From the NCBI GenBank assembly GCA_965249135.1, contig OZ252220.1, forward strand, positions 288,001 through 352,000: a DNA stretch of 64,000 bases, written 5' to 3'. Below, in pieces: positions 1 through 13,580 of this stretch. The DNA is from Alphaproteobacteria bacterium. Lineage in GTDB: Bacteria > Pseudomonadota > Alphaproteobacteria > GCA-2746255. A model generated the notes under the pieces. It saw nothing but the letters and a program-made list of their open reading frames with translations. It was not told the origin of the DNA and searched no databases. Each line of letters opens with the position of its first letter. Position 1 is the first letter of the stretch. The position numbers and the translations under genes were made by a program.

Positions 1-113
1 ATCTTACCCACGCGTTCTTCGAAGGAAACGAACCCGGTTTCGTAAATGGGGTTCTCGATCGACTAGCTCATGAGCTTCGTGAAGCGGAAATGCAGAAGGC
101 AACAGGTGAATAA
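1..113 (+). CDS. nusB: Transcription antitermination factor NusB, C-terminal part (cut by window edge)
   Basis: Frame 3 reads [22 protein letters not shown]..., the NusB C-terminal FVNGVLD motif; lies directly upstream of thiL. Confidence 0.9.
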   Translation, partial: LTHAFFEGNEPGFVNGVLDRLAHELREAEMQKATGE

Positions 114-1095
114 CCGGCATCTTCCGAGTGAATTTGAATTGATCGCCCGTTACCTCGCGCCCTTGGCGAAGGGGTTCAAAGGTGCGTTCGAACTCACCGA
201 CGATACGGCGGTCATCCATCCAGAACCCGGCTTCGACATCGTGGCGACGGCGGACACTTTGGTGGCGGGCGTGCATTTCTTGAGCGCCGATCCACCTGCC
301 TCCATTGGAAAAAAGCTTCTGCGCGTCAATCTTTCCGACTTGGCGGCGATGGGCGCAAAGCCACATCTCTATCTGTTAACCTTGGCATTGTCGGTGGATA
401 CGCAAACAGCATGGATAGCGGATTTTGCGGCAGGTCTTGCCGAGGATCAGGAAACCTACGGCATCAAACTGGCCGGTGGCGACACGGTATCAACCCCTGG
501 CCCGACAACGCTTACTCTTGCCGCCTTGGGTCAGGTGCCGGCGGGCAAGGCGCTTCTCCGATCCGGCGCAGAGATCGGCGATGCCATCTATGTAACCGGC
601 ACGATCGGCGATGGAGCGCTGGGCCTTGCCGTGCTGAACGGCGGCTGCTCCGGCCTTTCCAAGGACGCGCGCGAACGTCTCGTCGCACGCTACCGCCTGC
701 CGGAGCCACGCGTAAGTTTCGGCGAGGACCTTATCGGCCTAGCACACGCCGCGATCGATGTTTCCGATGGCCTCGTCGCGGACCTTGGCCACCTTGCCGA
801 ACGGTCCGGCCGGAGCGCCTCGCTGGATGCGCACGCTCTACCGCTTTCCGAAGCGGCCGAGGCGGCGCTTGCCAAGGATCGGGATCTTCTTGGCACCATC
901 CTTACAGGCGGGGATGACTACGAGCTCCTCTTTACAGGCGATGCGGCAAACGAAGCAGAGATCCTGTCGCGTGCGACACACCATGGCCTTCGGGTGACCC
1001 GAATCGGCAGCATCGGCGAGGGGGAGGGCGTGCGCGTCCTCGATGCGGAAGGTAAGCCGGTTCCCCTTGAACGGCAAGGTTACCGCCACTTCTAA
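106..1095 (+). CDS. thiL: Thiamine-monophosphate kinase
   Basis: [33 protein letters not shown] and GGDDYELLF motifs; GTG at 106 overlaps the nusB end. Confidence 0.95.
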   Translation: MNNRHLPSEFELIARYLAPLAKGFKGAFELTDDTAVIHPEPGFDIVATADTLVAGVHFLSADPPASIGKKLLRVNLSDLAAMGAKPHLYLLTLALSVDTQTAWIADFAAGLAEDQETYGIKLAGGDTVSTPGPTTLTLAALGQVPAGKALLRSGAEIGDAIYVTGTIGDGALGLAVLNGGCSGLSKDARERLVARYRLPEPRVSFGEDLIGLAHAAIDVSDGLVADLGHLAERSGRSASLDAHALPLSEAAEAALAKDRDLLGTILTGGDDYELLFTGDAANEAEILSRATHHGLRVTRIGSIGEGEGVRVLDAEGKPVPLERQGYRHF

Positions 1096-1135
1096 AAATC
1101 CAGGCCACGGCCTCGCCTGCCGTCTCGAAAGATGT

Positions 1136-1150
1136 TTAACAAAAATTTAC
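1136..1150 (+). promoter_or_regulatory. CtrA-box-like site (TTAA-N7-TTAC)
   Basis: ttaa caaaaat ttac upstream of the fliL-like gene; one mismatch to TTAA-N7-TTAA. Confidence 0.5.
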
Positions 1151-1206
1151 GAAATTGGCGTACCTCCTCTCCTTAAGCCTGTGCGAGAAGGAGCGCGCGC
1201 CACGAG

Positions 1207-1671
1207 ATGAGGGGCATCCGGAACATTGCGTCGGGTTTCGCTACGCTAGGGCTGGCGCTGGTTATCCTCTCGACCGCCGCTTTTTCGGCGCGTGCGGCAG
1301 ACACGGAAGCGGCAGCGGCAACGACGACCGAGGTCGAACCAGCCCCGCCAAAGACTCACTTCATCAGGGTCGGTCATTTTATCATACCGGTGATTCGCGG
1401 AAGCCAGGTGACACGGCATGTCTCGTTTGGGGTCTCGCTCGAAGTGACCGGGGATGAGAAAAAGGCAGAAGTCGAGGAAATGATGCCGCGTGTGAAGGAC
1501 GCCATCCTGCGCGAGCTACTTACCCACATGTCTCGCTGGCGCGAGCCGGATGCCGTCACAGAAATTCTGAAGCTGAAAAAGAAGCTCCGAAAGGCCAGCA
1601 ACGATCTTCTCGGCGACGGAACGATCGATGCAATCCTGATCGAGAATACCCTCGATCGAAAGATTCTATAA
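1207..1671 (+). CDS. FliL-like flagellar basal body-associated protein
   Basis: N-terminal signal/anchor; MPRVKDAILREL...LKKKL...LLGDGTIDAILI resembles the FliL C-terminal domain. Confidence 0.65.
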   Translation: MRGIRNIASGFATLGLALVILSTAAFSARAADTEAAAATTTEVEPAPPKTHFIRVGHFIIPVIRGSQVTRHVSFGVSLEVTGDEKKAEVEEMMPRVKDAILRELLTHMSRWREPDAVTEILKLKKKLRKASNDLLGDGTIDAILIENTLDRKIL

Positions 1672-1683
1672 CCACTTAGGCTT

Positions 1684-3718
<2,035 letters not shown>

Positions 3719-3879
3719 TTGTAAGCATGGTGGGGGTTTGATCTGTTAACGTCAAGAGGTGAGAGGTGGGTTGTGCCGGTTCTTCGATTCTGTCATTTTC
3801 CGCGCGATTTTTAGCTGCCCGAAGCGCTTCTTGCCTCGCCGAACGGCCTGCCAAAGGCGACGACCCAGGGGGAAAACGA

Positions 3880-5958
3880 ATGGAGAATTTGCTGTACTAC
3901 GTCATCGCCTGTGGTGCGTTGGCGGTGCTCTACGGGATTGTGACGAGCCGTCAGATCCTCAGCGCCCCGACGGGCACGGATCGGATGCGCGAGATCGCAG
4001 CCGGCATTCAGGAAGGGGCCAGCGCCTATCTCAATCGTCAGTACAGCGCGATCGCCATGGTCGGTGTCGTCATCGGGGTCTTTCTCTGGTGGCAACTTGG
4101 GCTCTACAGCGGGGTTGGGTACCTGATCGGGGCAATCCTTTCAGGAGCGGCCGGCTATATCGGGATGTACATCTCCGTTCGGGCGAACGTGCGTACGGCC
4201 GAAGCCGCACGCTCTGGAGTGGCCCCCGCCCTTACGCTTGCTTTCCGTTCCGGCGCGGTGACGGGCTTTCTCGTGGTCGGCCTCGGCCTCCTCGGGGTTG
4301 CCGTCTACTACCTCGTGCTTCTGCAAACGGATCTTGAAGGCCGGAATGTGGTCATCCCGCTGCTTGCTTTAAGCTTCGGCGCCTCCTTGATTTCAATTTT
4401 CGCGCGTCTTGGTGGCGGCATCTTCACGAAGGGTGCGGATGTCGGTGCCGACCTTGTCGGCAAGATCGAGGCCGGCATTCCGGAGGACGATCCGAGGAAC
4501 GCCGCCGTCATCGCGGACAACGTTGGCGACAACGTTGGCGACTGCGCCGGCATGGCGGCCGATTTGTTCGAGACCTATGCCGTCACGATCGTCGCCACGA
4601 TGCTCCTTGCGGCCCTTTTCTTTACCGGCGAGACCCAGTCTCAGATGATGTTCCTGCCGCTTGCGATCGGGGCTGCGTGCATCGTGGGGTCCATTCTCGG
4701 CACCTTCTTCGTCCGTCTTGGGAAGACGGGCCGTATCATGGTGGCGCTCTACAAGGGGCTGGTCGCTGCCGCCGTCTTTTCGGCAATCTTGATCGCTCTC
4801 GTCTTCCAGTATCTGGGCGTGTTCGGTGCGGAATTCCAAATTGGTTCGCGCAGCTTTACCGGACAGGACCTCTACTATTCCGCCCTCACGGGGCTGGTGG
4901 TGACGGGACTTCTCGTCTGGATCACCGAATATTACACCTCCACCCATTTCCGGCCGGTCTTGAGCATTGCGAAGGCTTCGACAACCGGTCATGCGACGAA
5001 CATCATTCAGGGCCTCGCCGTGTCGATGGAAGCGACGGCTCTGCCGGTGCTCGTCATTTGTGCCGCTATCATCTTTACCTTCGTGACCGCCGGGCTTTTT
5101 GGCATCGCGATCACCGTTACCGCCATGCTGGCGCTGGCCGGGGTGGTGGTGGCGCTCGATGCTTATGGGCCGGTTACGGATAACGCCGGCGGTATCGCGG
5201 AAATGGCGGAACTGCCCGAGGACGTCCGCAAGACGACGGATGCGCTTGATGCGGTGGGGAACACGACGAAGGCCGTGACGAAGGGATACGCCATCGGGTC
5301 GGCTGGCCTTGCGGCACTGGTTCTTTTCGCGGCTTACGTGGAAGAGCTCCATCATTATTTCCCCGACCTGGAAATAAGCTTTCAGCTTCAGGATCCTTAC
5401 GTTGTCATCGGGCTTTTCTTAGGCGGGCTGCTGCCGTATCTCTTCGGCGCCCTTGCCATGATGGCGGTTGGACGCGCGGCCGGCTCCGTCGTTGTCGAGG
5501 TCCGACGCCAGTTCAAAGAAATCGCCGGCATCATGGAAGGGACGGCGAAACCGGATTACAGCCGCGCCGTCGATCTTCTGACCCGCTCGGCGATCAAGGA
5601 AATGATCGTTCCCTCGCTTCTCCCGGTGTTGGCGCCGATCGTCCTTTATTTTGTCATCGCCTTCGTTGCAGGTTCGGCGGCGGCCTTCACGGCGCTTGGG
5701 GCGATGCTGCTCGGTACGATCGTAACTGGTATTTTTGTTGCTATTTCAATGACTTCTGGTGGCGGCGCCTGGGACAATGCCAAGAAATACATCGAGGAAG
5801 GCCATTATGGCGGCAAGAACTCCGAGGCGCACCACGCGGCCGTGACCGGTGATACGGTCGGCGATCCCTACAAAGACACGGCAGGACCTGCCGTGAATCC
5901 GATGATCAAAATCATCAACATCGTCGCCTTGCTTCTGCTGGCGATGCTGGCGCCCTAA
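3880..5958 (+). CDS. hppA: Membrane-integral H+-translocating pyrophosphatase, K+-independent type
   Basis: [24 protein letters not shown] motifs; GNTTKA (Lys) marks the K+-independent class. Confidence 0.95.
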   Translation: MENLLYYVIACGALAVLYGIVTSRQILSAPTGTDRMREIAAGIQEGASAYLNRQYSAIAMVGVVIGVFLWWQLGLYSGVGYLIGAILSGAAGYIGMYISVRANVRTAEAARSGVAPALTLAFRSGAVTGFLVVGLGLLGVAVYYLVLLQTDLEGRNVVIPLLALSFGASLISIFARLGGGIFTKGADVGADLVGKIEAGIPEDDPRNAAVIADNVGDNVGDCAGMAADLFETYAVTIVATMLLAALFFTGETQSQMMFLPLAIGAACIVGSILGTFFVRLGKTGRIMVALYKGLVAAAVFSAILIALVFQYLGVFGAEFQIGSRSFTGQDLYYSALTGLVVTGLLVWITEYYTSTHFRPVLSIAKASTTGHATNIIQGLAVSMEATALPVLVICAAIIFTFVTAGLFGIAITVTAMLALAGVVVALDAYGPVTDNAGGIAEMAELPEDVRKTTDALDAVGNTTKAVTKGYAIGSAGLAALVLFAAYVEELHHYFPDLEISFQLQDPYVVIGLFLGGLLPYLFGALAMMAVGRAAGSVVVEVRRQFKEIAGIMEGTAKPDYSRAVDLLTRSAIKEMIVPSLLPVLAPIVLYFVIAFVAGSAAAFTALGAMLLGTIVTGIFVAISMTSGGGAWDNAKKYIEEGHYGGKNSEAHHAAVTGDTVGDPYKDTAGPAVNPMIKIINIVALLLLAMLAP

Positions 5959-5975
5959 GAAGCATTTTTCCAATG

Positions 5976-6006
5976 AAAAAGGCCCCGGAATTCCGGGGCT
6001 TTTTTT
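5976..6006. terminator. Bidirectional intrinsic terminator
   Basis: aaaaag gccccggaattccggggc ttttttt between convergent hppA and bamE. Confidence 0.85.
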
Positions 6007-6016
6007 GTGAAACCGG

Positions 6017-6460
6017 CTACTCGGAAAGAGCGCCGATGCCGCCGAATATTTTTTCGATTGCCGAAGGCTCCTTGCCAGGGGTTGGCGTCTTGCGGGCCAC
6101 CATCTTGACGATCCTGCCATGCCGCATATCGTATTGCCGGATATTTTCGACCAAGCCCCGTGCGTCGAAATCGATGGCGATGATCTTTCGGTCGAGCACT
6201 TTCGGCTCATTAAACGTCCTCTTTTCGATCTTTTCGCTGATGTAATACCAGATGCGATCACCAAACAGCGTGACGGTTGAGGGATTGCCGATAATTTCCG
6301 CCACATCCTCACGCGTATGAGCGCCCGACCGAATCATGGAAAGTGCATCCGCGTCCGGGATATTCCCGCGCGTCGATATGCGTGCCTGGCATGCCGCGGT
6401 GCTCCATGCGATAAGAAGCACACCGAGAATTCCGAAAAGCCGAAGTGTATTGTGATTCAT
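6017..6460 (-). CDS. bamE: Outer membrane protein assembly lipoprotein BamE
   Basis: Lipobox TAAC, RGN, TREDVAEIIGNPS, WYYISE; usual position opposite the cytochrome chaperone gene. Confidence 0.85.
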   Translation of the reverse strand: MNHNTLRLFGILGVLLIAWSTAACQARISTRGNIPDADALSMIRSGAHTREDVAEIIGNPSTVTLFGDRIWYYISEKIEKRTFNEPKVLDRKIIAIDFDARGLVENIRQYDMRHGRIVKMVARKTPTPGKEPSAIEKIFGGIGALSE

Positions 6461-6613
6461 TCCGCCTAATTCGTTGCTGGCAGGACTCGGGTCAATCCCG
6501 CATAATTGAGCCGATCCTGGACCGACCGAGGTTGCCCGAGAAAAGCATCGGAAGCCTCGCAATGTCAATCGTTCGACTGCACCGCGTTGATCCTTTATCC
6601 AAGGGGGTGAGGG

Positions 6614-7174
6614 ATGCGTTTTACGAAAGTCATGAATCCGATTTTCACCGAGGAGCCTGCGCGCGCCCTTTATTCGCAAATCGTGGCACAAGCCCGCCGG
6701 GCGGAATTTTATACCGCGTGCGGCGTGCCGGATACGCTCGACGGCCGCTTCGAGATGGTGGTCCTTCATACTTTTCTCGTCCTTCACCAGTTGAAACGAT
6801 TGGATGCGGAAGATCTTGCGCAGGCCCTTTTCGATACAATGTTCATGGACATGGACGAGAACCTTCGCGAAATCGGAGTCGGAGACCTTTCCGTGGGCAA
6901 GCGGGTAAAGCAGATGGTAAGCGCCTTCTACGGCCGCGTGGCGGCCTACGAGAGCGGACTGGATGCCAAGGAGGGCGTCCTCGAAGCCGCGCTCGAGCGC
7001 AACCTCTACGGAACGGTGGAGGCAAAAGTAGCCGCGCTCGCGGCGATGGCCGCTTATCTGCGCCGGGAAGCAACCGCGCTCACCGAACAGGACACGCGAA
7101 CCATTGCCGCAGGGCTCGTCTCCTTTGGGCCGCCACCCGTCATCGAACGGAATCGGCAGGAGGTAACTTCGTGA
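6614..7174 (+). CDS. Ubiquinol-cytochrome c chaperone family protein (Cbp3-like)
   Basis: VPDTLDGRFEMVVLH, LREIGVGDLSVGKRVK, AFYGR. Confidence 0.9.
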   Translation: MRFTKVMNPIFTEEPARALYSQIVAQARRAEFYTACGVPDTLDGRFEMVVLHTFLVLHQLKRLDAEDLAQALFDTMFMDMDENLREIGVGDLSVGKRVKQMVSAFYGRVAAYESGLDAKEGVLEAALERNLYGTVEAKVAALAAMAAYLRREATALTEQDTRTIAAGLVSFGPPPVIERNRQEVTS

Positions 7175-7731
7175 AGCGACCGAATAAACTTGCCCGGATC
7201 GAATTCTCGCGGTCCATTTCCACGCCCATTTTCACGGAAGGCGTGAGCGAGAAAGAGGCGGTCTTTACGATCGAGGCGGACGCCGCCGAATGCACGGCAC
7301 TCGCCGAGCGGTTCGACTTGAAGGGTCTTGGCCCGCTTCGTGCGGAGCTTCGGTTTATGCCGGATCGAAATGGACTGCTTCGCCTGGAGGGCCGCCTAAT
7401 GGGTGAGGTCGTTCAGGTTTGCGTCGTGACCCTCACCGACGTTACGTCCTCGATCGACGAACGTTTCTCGCTTCGTTTTTCTCTGGAGGGGCCCAGCCAG
7501 TTTGATCGTGGTGAAATTTCCATCTCGATCGACGAGGAGGATCCGCCGGATCCCCTGGTAGCCGAAACGATCGATCTTGGCGAGGTAGCGGCCGAGCAGC
7601 TTGCCTTGGCCCTGGATCCCTACCCACGTGTGCCTGGCGCGACCTTCAGCTACACGTCGCTGAAAGTGTTTGAAAATGAAGAGGTTAACTCGCCTTTCCG
7701 CAGGCTGGTCAGCCTGAAGGATGGGAAATGA
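7171..7731 (+). CDS. DUF177/YceD family protein
   Basis: QVCVVTL, IDLGEVAAEQLALALDPYPR, SPF; lies upstream of rpmF. Confidence 0.88.
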   Translation: MKRPNKLARIEFSRSISTPIFTEGVSEKEAVFTIEADAAECTALAERFDLKGLGPLRAELRFMPDRNGLLRLEGRLMGEVVQVCVVTLTDVTSSIDERFSLRFSLEGPSQFDRGEISISIDEEDPPDPLVAETIDLGEVAAEQLALALDPYPRVPGATFSYTSLKVFENEEVNSPFRRLVSLKDGK

Positions 7732-7815
7732 GGCCCCCCGGCACCTTGCCGGATGGCCCATTTTTGTTTAAGTAGACGCCCGGGTGAAGGCCCGGCTTAA
7801 GGAAAGGGTCGAAGG

Positions 7816-8001
7816 ATGGCGGTTCCGAAGCAGAAAATCTCGCAATCGCGAAGGGGTATGCGGCGCGCCCATCAGGCGCTCAAGCCGGAAAGCTATGCGG
7901 AGTGCCCGAATTGCGGCGAATTGAAGCGCCCACATCACGTTTGTCCAGCATGCGGCCAATATCGGGGCCGCGACGTCGTGGAAAGCCAGGAAACGGTCTG
8001 A
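7816..8001 (+). CDS. rpmF: 50S ribosomal protein L32 (Zn-ribbon form)
   Basis: [31 protein letters not shown]. Confidence 0.97.
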   Translation: MAVPKQKISQSRRGMRRAHQALKPESYAECPNCGELKRPHHVCPACGQYRGRDVVESQETV

Positions 8002-8035
8002 TCTCCTTTTACGGTCGACCGGAGGGGGTAGGTGC

Positions 8036-9088
8036 GTGAGTACGGCACTGACGATCGCGCTTGACGCGATGGGCGGAGATCGCGCTCCGGGCATTGTCAT
8101 CGAAGGCGTCAAACTGGTTCGCCAGCGGTCTCCGAATGTGCGCTTCATCCTGTTTGGTGACGAAAAGCAGTTGCAGCCGCTTGTCGCGAAGAATCCACAG
8201 CTCGTTGAATACACCGAGATTCGTCACACCGATCAGTTCGTGACGAACGACATGAAGCCGTCTGCAGCACTTCGCAATTCCCGCAACTCAAGCATGCGTC
8301 TTGCCATCAACGCCGTCCACGACGGCGAGGCGGCGGGTATTGTCTCGGCCGGTAACACCGGCGCGCTGATGGCCCTGGCGAAATTCGTCCTGAAGACTCT
8401 TCCCGGCATCGACCGGCCGGCCATCGCCACCTTCCTTCCGAGCATGCGGCGCGATGTCGTCATGCTCGATCTTGGGGCGAACCTCGAGTGTGATACGAAC
8501 AACCTCGTTCAGTTTGCCGTCATGGGGGAGGTCTTCGCTAAGGTGGTCCTTGGTCTGCCGGAGCCCGTTGTCGGCCTTCTGAACGTCGGCGAAGAAGAGC
8601 TAAAGGGCCATGAATATCTGCGCGAGGCGGCGGCAATTCTGAGGAAGGCCGATCTGCCGACGAAATTCCATGGCTTTATCGAAGGAAACGACATCCTCGA
8701 AGGCAAAGTGGACGTGGTCGTGACGGACGGCTTCACAGGGAATGTGGCATTAAAAACCGCCGAAGGGGTCTCGAAATTCTATACGCATATCCTCTCGGAA
8801 GCCTTCCAAAGCTCGCTTTTTTCGCGCCTTAGCTATCTCTTGGCGCGATCTACCCTTCGCAAGGTGCGCCAGCGGGTCGATCCGCGCCGATACAACGGCG
8901 CCATGCTGCTAGGCCTGAATGGCATTGTGGTGAAATCCCATGGAGGAACCGATGCCTTGGGCTTCGCAAATGCCCTCGGGGTAGCGATCGATATGGTGAC
9001 CTTCGGATTCAATGACACGATCATCCAGGAGTTTGAAAGACTCGAAGTCGACAACGTGCCACTGACGAAAGCGGCAGCGCCTGCATGA
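8036..9088 (+). CDS. plsX: Phosphate acyltransferase PlsX
   Basis: [27 protein letters not shown]. Confidence 0.96.
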   Translation: MSTALTIALDAMGGDRAPGIVIEGVKLVRQRSPNVRFILFGDEKQLQPLVAKNPQLVEYTEIRHTDQFVTNDMKPSAALRNSRNSSMRLAINAVHDGEAAGIVSAGNTGALMALAKFVLKTLPGIDRPAIATFLPSMRRDVVMLDLGANLECDTNNLVQFAVMGEVFAKVVLGLPEPVVGLLNVGEEELKGHEYLREAAAILRKADLPTKFHGFIEGNDILEGKVDVVVTDGFTGNVALKTAEGVSKFYTHILSEAFQSSLFSRLSYLLARSTLRKVRQRVDPRRYNGAMLLGLNGIVVKSHGGTDALGFANALGVAIDMVTFGFNDTIIQEFERLEVDNVPLTKAAAPA

Positions 9089-10059
9089 CTTGGCATTCGC
9101 GAATCGTGGGGTGCGGGGCATATCTTCCGGAATATGTTCTTACGAATTCTGATCTTGCTAAAAAAATCGACACCACGGACGAGTGGATCGTCGAACGCAC
9201 CGGTATTCAACGCCGGCACGTCGCGGCGGAGGGCGAAGCGACCTCAGACCTTGCCACCCACGCGGCGGTGGCCGCACTCCAAAATGCTGGCGTCGACGTC
9301 AAAGATGTCGACCTGATCGTTTTGGCGACCTCAACGCCGGATTTCACCTTTCCTTCGACGGCAACCCAGGTTCAGGAGCGTCTCGCGATGACGTGGGGCG
9401 CCGCCTTCGATGTGCAGGCCGTTTGCTCCGGTTTTATTTTTGCGTTGGCGGTTGCCAATAACTTTCTTCGGACCGGCCAATCGAAGATGGCGTTGGTAAT
9501 CGGTGCGGAGACCTTCTCACGGATTTTGGATTGGTCGGACCGGCGGACTTGCATCCTGTTCGGTGATGGGGCGGGCGCCGTCGTGTTGCGTGCGGAGGAA
9601 GGCACGTTAAGCCTTGATAAATCTGGGATTATTTCGACCCACCTTCATTCCGACGGCCGCTACCGTGACCTCCTTTACGTGGATGGGGGGCCCTCTGCCA
9701 CCCAGACGGTCGGTCACCTGCGCATGTCTGGACGCGAAGTCTTTCGCCACGCCGTCGTGAATCTTTCAGACGTTGTGCACGAGGCACTGGAAGCAAACGG
9801 ACTCAAACCGGATAGCGTCGATTGGATCGTTCCCCATCAGGCGAACAAACGTATCCTTGTCGGCACAGCCAAAAAACTTGGGCTGCCGATCGAGCGAGTC
9901 ATTGTCACGGTCGAAGAACACGCCAATACCTCGGCGGCCTCGATCCCCCTCGCGCTTGCAGAAGCGGTCGGGGATGGGCGAATCCAGCCGGGGCATCTTT
10001 TATTGCTGGAAGCAATGGGCGGCGGATTCACGTGGGGTGCGGCGCTGGTTCGTTGGTGA
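9085..10059 (+). CDS. fabH: Beta-ketoacyl-ACP synthase III
   Basis: [27 protein letters not shown]. Confidence 0.96.
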   Translation: MTWHSRIVGCGAYLPEYVLTNSDLAKKIDTTDEWIVERTGIQRRHVAAEGEATSDLATHAAVAALQNAGVDVKDVDLIVLATSTPDFTFPSTATQVQERLAMTWGAAFDVQAVCSGFIFALAVANNFLRTGQSKMALVIGAETFSRILDWSDRRTCILFGDGAGAVVLRAEEGTLSLDKSGIISTHLHSDGRYRDLLYVDGGPSATQTVGHLRMSGREVFRHAVVNLSDVVHEALEANGLKPDSVDWIVPHQANKRILVGTAKKLGLPIERVIVTVEEHANTSAASIPLALAEAVGDGRIQPGHLLLLEAMGGGFTWGAALVRW

Positions 10060-10151
10060 GCCCGGATTTCCGGAAAATCCTCTTAACCGGCCATGTTGAC
10101 TGACTTTTTCGTCCGGGGTAGGGTTTGCGGCGAAAACTAAGGAGCCGGCTC

Positions 10152-10463
10152 ATGGGTGAAAGCACAGTCACGCGCGCGCATTTGACTGAAGCGGTGTATC
10201 AGGAAATTGGCCTTTCTCGAAACGAGTCGGCGGAACTTGTCGAGTCGGTATTGAAGCTGGTTTCAGATGCGCTTGTCCGGGGTGAGACAGTCAAGGTTTC
10301 TTCCTTTGGAAGTTTTTCCGTTCGCCAAAAAGGTCAGCGCATCGGACGCAATCCGAAGACCGGCGAAGAGGTGCCGATCCTGCCACGCCGGGTTCTCGTT
10401 TTTCGGGCATCGCAAGTCCTTAAGAATCAGATAAATAAGGCTCTTTCTGGGGACTTGCGTTAG
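10152..10463 (+). CDS. ihfA: Integration host factor subunit alpha
   Basis: [24 protein letters not shown]. Confidence 0.95.
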   Translation: MGESTVTRAHLTEAVYQEIGLSRNESAELVESVLKLVSDALVRGETVKVSSFGSFSVRQKGQRIGRNPKTGEEVPILPRRVLVFRASQVLKNQINKALSGDLR

Positions 10464-10481
10464 GGTTTGGAGTAGTTCTGC

Positions 10482-10898
10482 ATGGTTGAATCGCTGAATC
10501 CTTTGCCCTTGCGTCGAGGCAGCAAGTCGGCGTCCGCGTTCCGCACGATCAGCGAAGTTGCTTCCGAACTCAGCGTTCCCCAACACGTCCTTCGTTTCTG
10601 GGAAGGAAAGTTTTCGCAGGTTAGCCCGTTAAAACGTGGCGGCGGCCGACGCTACTATCGGCCGGAAGACATCGAACTACTTCGCCGCATTCGTTCCCTC
10701 CTTTACGAGGAGGGGTATACGATTATGGGCGTGCAAAAATTGCTGCGGAATGGCGGCTCGAGGGATGCGAAAGGACCCAACGATATTGGGAGGATAGCCG
10801 TTCGGTCCGGGATCGATCCGGCGCAACGCAAAGAGCTTCGTTCCGTCCTCGGTGAACTCGAAGAACTGCGGAATACGCTGCGGAAACTCGGGAGTTAA
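10482..10898 (+). CDS. MerR family transcriptional regulator
   Basis: [24 protein letters not shown]; conserved position after ihfA. Confidence 0.92.
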   Translation: MVESLNPLPLRRGSKSASAFRTISEVASELSVPQHVLRFWEGKFSQVSPLKRGGGRRYYRPEDIELLRRIRSLLYEEGYTIMGVQKLLRNGGSRDAKGPNDIGRIAVRSGIDPAQRKELRSVLGELEELRNTLRKLGS

Positions 10899-10996
10899 GC
10901 ACCCCATCCATTGCAAAGGCTCATCCATTGCGAAGGCCCGGCCATTGTGAAAGCTCAGGCGCATCCCTATAGTGCGCCGGCGATTTCTATGGTGGG

Positions 10997-11073
10997 CGGA
11001 GCGTAGCGCAGCCTGGTAGCGCATCACACTGGGGGTGTGGGGGTCGCGGGTTCGAATCCCGCCGCTCCGACCA
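10997..11073 (+). tRNA. tRNA-Pro(GGG)
   Basis: CGGAGCG acceptor stem, anticodon loop CT-GGG-GG, GTTCGAATC, CCA end. Confidence 0.97.
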
Positions 11074-11082
11074 TTTTGAGAC

Positions 11083-11116
11083 GGGGCCTGGCCGACTTGC
11101 CAAGCCCCATTTTTTT
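11083..11116 (+). terminator. Intrinsic terminator after tRNA-Pro
   Basis: ggggcctggc..gccaagcccc followed by a T run. Confidence 0.7.
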
Positions 11117-11259
11117 GATCCTTAAGTTTTTGTGCGCGGAAGTATGGTTGACGACCGTTCCAAACGGTTGGTTGGTGTTCGCAGCCCTTTTCTTTCCGAC
11201 ATGCTCTGGTAGTCTCTGGCTCGAGGGTTCCGTGAAGCGAACCAGTTTCGAGAGAGAAG

Positions 11260-11739
11260 ATGATGGATTCCATTCCACTTTGGGCCGCAATTCTGGCTGC
11301 GATCGGCGCCGGTGCGATCGCATTGCTCACCTGCCTTCTTTTGCGTCTGAATCGGCGCCTTGCCAGCTTCACGAGCGCGATCGAATCCCATTCCGAACTC
11401 ATGCTGCGGTTGAGGTTCAAGGAGGAAAATCTACCGGTCGTCTGGTGGGATCAGACGGTGGAGCCATGGCCGGACGAGAATAAACGTCACCGCAGCCGAT
11501 CCGAGCTTACCCACGTCGTCCTTGGTGTGCCGGAGCGCCTGCGTTGGGGCCGCCATGCGCCGCTATGTGGGGTTGCTTGTCGTCGGGCTTCTTGGCGCCA
11601 TCATCGCCGCGTTCTGGCTCTTCGATTGGGCCCCGGATGCCCTTCAATTGGCGGCGGCATGGAAGCGCGAGATCCTCTTCGCGGCTCTCGTGCTCTTCGG
11701 CCTTCTTTTCTTCTACGCCCTTGTACGGTGTTCCCGTAA
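11260..11739 (+). CDS. Hypothetical membrane-anchored protein (3' end uncertain, overlaps next ORF)
   Basis: N-terminal TM helix and purine-rich RBS; sequence after ~aa 98 looks like read-through. Confidence 0.5.
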   Translation: MMDSIPLWAAILAAIGAGAIALLTCLLLRLNRRLASFTSAIESHSELMLRLRFKEENLPVVWWDQTVEPWPDENKRHRSRSELTHVVLGVPERLRWGRHAPLCGVACRRASWRHHRRVLALRLGPGCPSIGGGMEARDPLRGSRALRPSFLLRPCTVFP

Positions 11740-11803
11740 ACTCCTCGAATTGGAGCGGCTTCGCCCGGCGGTCTTGCCGGAGCAGTCATCGGAAGGGCGC
11801 TAG
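11555..11803 (+). CDS. Small two-TM hypothetical protein
   Basis: Two hydrophobic segments in 82 aa. Confidence 0.55.
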   Translation: MRRYVGLLVVGLLGAIIAAFWLFDWAPDALQLAAAWKREILFAALVLFGLLFFYALVRCSRKLLELERLRPAVLPEQSSEGR

Positions 11804-11834
11804 ACTTAGATCCAAGACCGGACGAAGTGGACGG

Positions 11835-12080
11835 ATGCAGATTCAGCGGAACAGCATTCATTTCCGTATTCTCGAGGCGCTGTATACGATGCCGAAACCG
11901 GTGCGCGGCATCACCGCCGTCATGTTAAACCGACAATTCGACGCACCTCAGGTCCTTGCCGAACTCGAATCGGAGGGGCTCATTTCGGAAAAGGGATGGG
12001 ACAAGGGGCCTGGCGCTGTCCTCGTCGCCACCGCGGCGGGCGAGCGACTCTACCGCGAGCTATCCGCGGAAGGGGCGTAA
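11835..12080 (+). CDS. Small hypothetical protein, possibly winged-helix
   Basis: RILEALY..LAELESEGLI..ATAAGERLY resembles a wHTH. Confidence 0.55.
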   Translation: MQIQRNSIHFRILEALYTMPKPVRGITAVMLNRQFDAPQVLAELESEGLISEKGWDKGPGAVLVATAAGERLYRELSAEGA

Positions 12081-12106
12081 GGTGGCCCTTTGAAAACCGG
12101 AAAACC

Positions 12107-13117
12107 TTAAGAGCTTTTGACCACGCGCAGGGGGGCGGCCGGCTTGTGCGGCGTTGCCTTGAGCAGGCAGTCGGCGCAACGCTCCCAAAGCTCGTCCGCC
12201 GCCGCTACGGCCGCATCAACCGTAAGACTTTCCATCAATGTGCCGCTCGTATGCCCGATCTGGCGGATCAGTTCTTTCGCAGGGATGGCCGTTTCGGCGA
12301 CCCCGGTGCATTTCCCCCAGGGGGCGTAATTTTCCTTCAGGCTTGGCCCAAAGAGCCCAAGGGTCGGAACGCCCGCCGCCGCCGCCAGGTGCATCAGGCC
12401 GGTGTCGTTGGCAATTAAGAAGTTACAACGCTTTAAACAGGCAGCCGCCGTCAGCAGGTCGCCTTTGCCGATGATGTCGAGAAAATCTTCCGGTGGAATG
12501 GCGTCGATAATCGGTTGCAACACCCCCCGCTCCTTTGTGGTGCCGAAGATGGCGATTCGCGCGTGGGAGAGAATGCCGTCCGGTGCGATCAGCCGTTTCA
12601 TCAACTCGACATAGCGTGGGATTGGCCACTGCTTGCCTTCCCAGCTTGTCGTCGGTCCAAAGGCGAGCACTGGTTTGCCTTGCGGTATAAGCTCGCTCGC
12701 CCGCTCCCGATCTTCCGCCGTCGTCCAGATCCGTGGGTTCGGCGGCTTCTTTAGGCCAAGGACCAGACCATGCTGCTCAACCTTATGGAGTGAATCGCGC
12801 CGATGTCGGTTTCGGTAGACGCGGCGATGACTGGTAGGCAGGCACCAGCTTAGGAAAGAGGAGCGCATGTCGACGACAAGATCCCAATGACGGTTGACGC
12901 ACTGCATCCACAATTCGACCCAGTGAAGATCGTAGGGCCGTTTCCAGACAGGGATGACTTGTTCCAGATTGGGAAATGCCCGGAAGAGCGGGACGGAGAG
13001 CGGACCACAGGCAATCGTGAAGGAGGCGTTCGGGTATTGTTCGGCGAGATGGGATAGAAGCCCCATCGTCATCACGGTATCCCCGATCCTCGTCGAAGTT
13101 ATGAAGAGGATCTTCAT
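12107..13117 (-). CDS. Glycosyltransferase family 9 (ADP-heptose:LPS heptosyltransferase-like)
   Basis: ILFITSTRIGD, NDTGLMHLAAAAGVPTLGLFGPS. Confidence 0.9.
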   Translation of the reverse strand: MKILFITSTRIGDTVMTMGLLSHLAEQYPNASFTIACGPLSVPLFRAFPNLEQVIPVWKRPYDLHWVELWMQCVNRHWDLVVDMRSSFLSWCLPTSHRRVYRNRHRRDSLHKVEQHGLVLGLKKPPNPRIWTTAEDRERASELIPQGKPVLAFGPTTSWEGKQWPIPRYVELMKRLIAPDGILSHARIAIFGTTKERGVLQPIIDAIPPEDFLDIIGKGDLLTAAACLKRCNFLIANDTGLMHLAAAAGVPTLGLFGPSLKENYAPWGKCTGVAETAIPAKELIRQIGHTSGTLMESLTVDAAVAAADELWERCADCLLKATPHKPAAPLRVVKSS

Positions 13118-13234
13118 CGCCCGTTCGTCTCTTCTTGTATTGCGCATGATCGCTATCACTCGCTTGAGGGCATGGCTCTCAGCAAGGCGTCTTCATATAC
13201 CCTAGGTTGCGAAATTGGTAAAGTTGCTAGCGTC

Positions 13235-13513
13235 TCAAGTGTCCGTAGCAAGCCTCATTCGCCGCCGTGAGGCTTCCACCAGCGTCCGGCCCCGCAAGGT
13301 CAGCTTGCAGACGGGAGTATTGACCCGAAGCGGATCGCGAAACCACGGTTCGGCATAGCCAAGCTCGATACAGCGCCGAATCGTCTGCGGCCGAATGGAA
13401 CGGCCGTCCCCATCGAAAAGCGGGAGCTTTCCGTCACGCGCATTGAGGCCACGCTCGAGCCAGCGCCGCTGCACGCTTGTCAATCCCATCGCTTCCTCCC
13501 CCAATCCCTCCAT
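13235..13513 (-). CDS. Conserved hypothetical protein
   Basis: WLERGL..GKLPLFD..GYAEPWF..CKLT resembles a small alphaproteobacterial family; function unknown. Confidence 0.65.
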   Translation of the reverse strand: MEGLGEEAMGLTSVQRRWLERGLNARDGKLPLFDGDGRSIRPQTIRRCIELGYAEPWFRDPLRVNTPVCKLTLRGRTLVEASRRRMRLATDT

Positions 13514-13580
13514 CTTGGCGGCGGAGGTGACCGGAGAGGTATCCTAGGATAGATTGCCGGTACCACCAAGCGGGGTGCAA

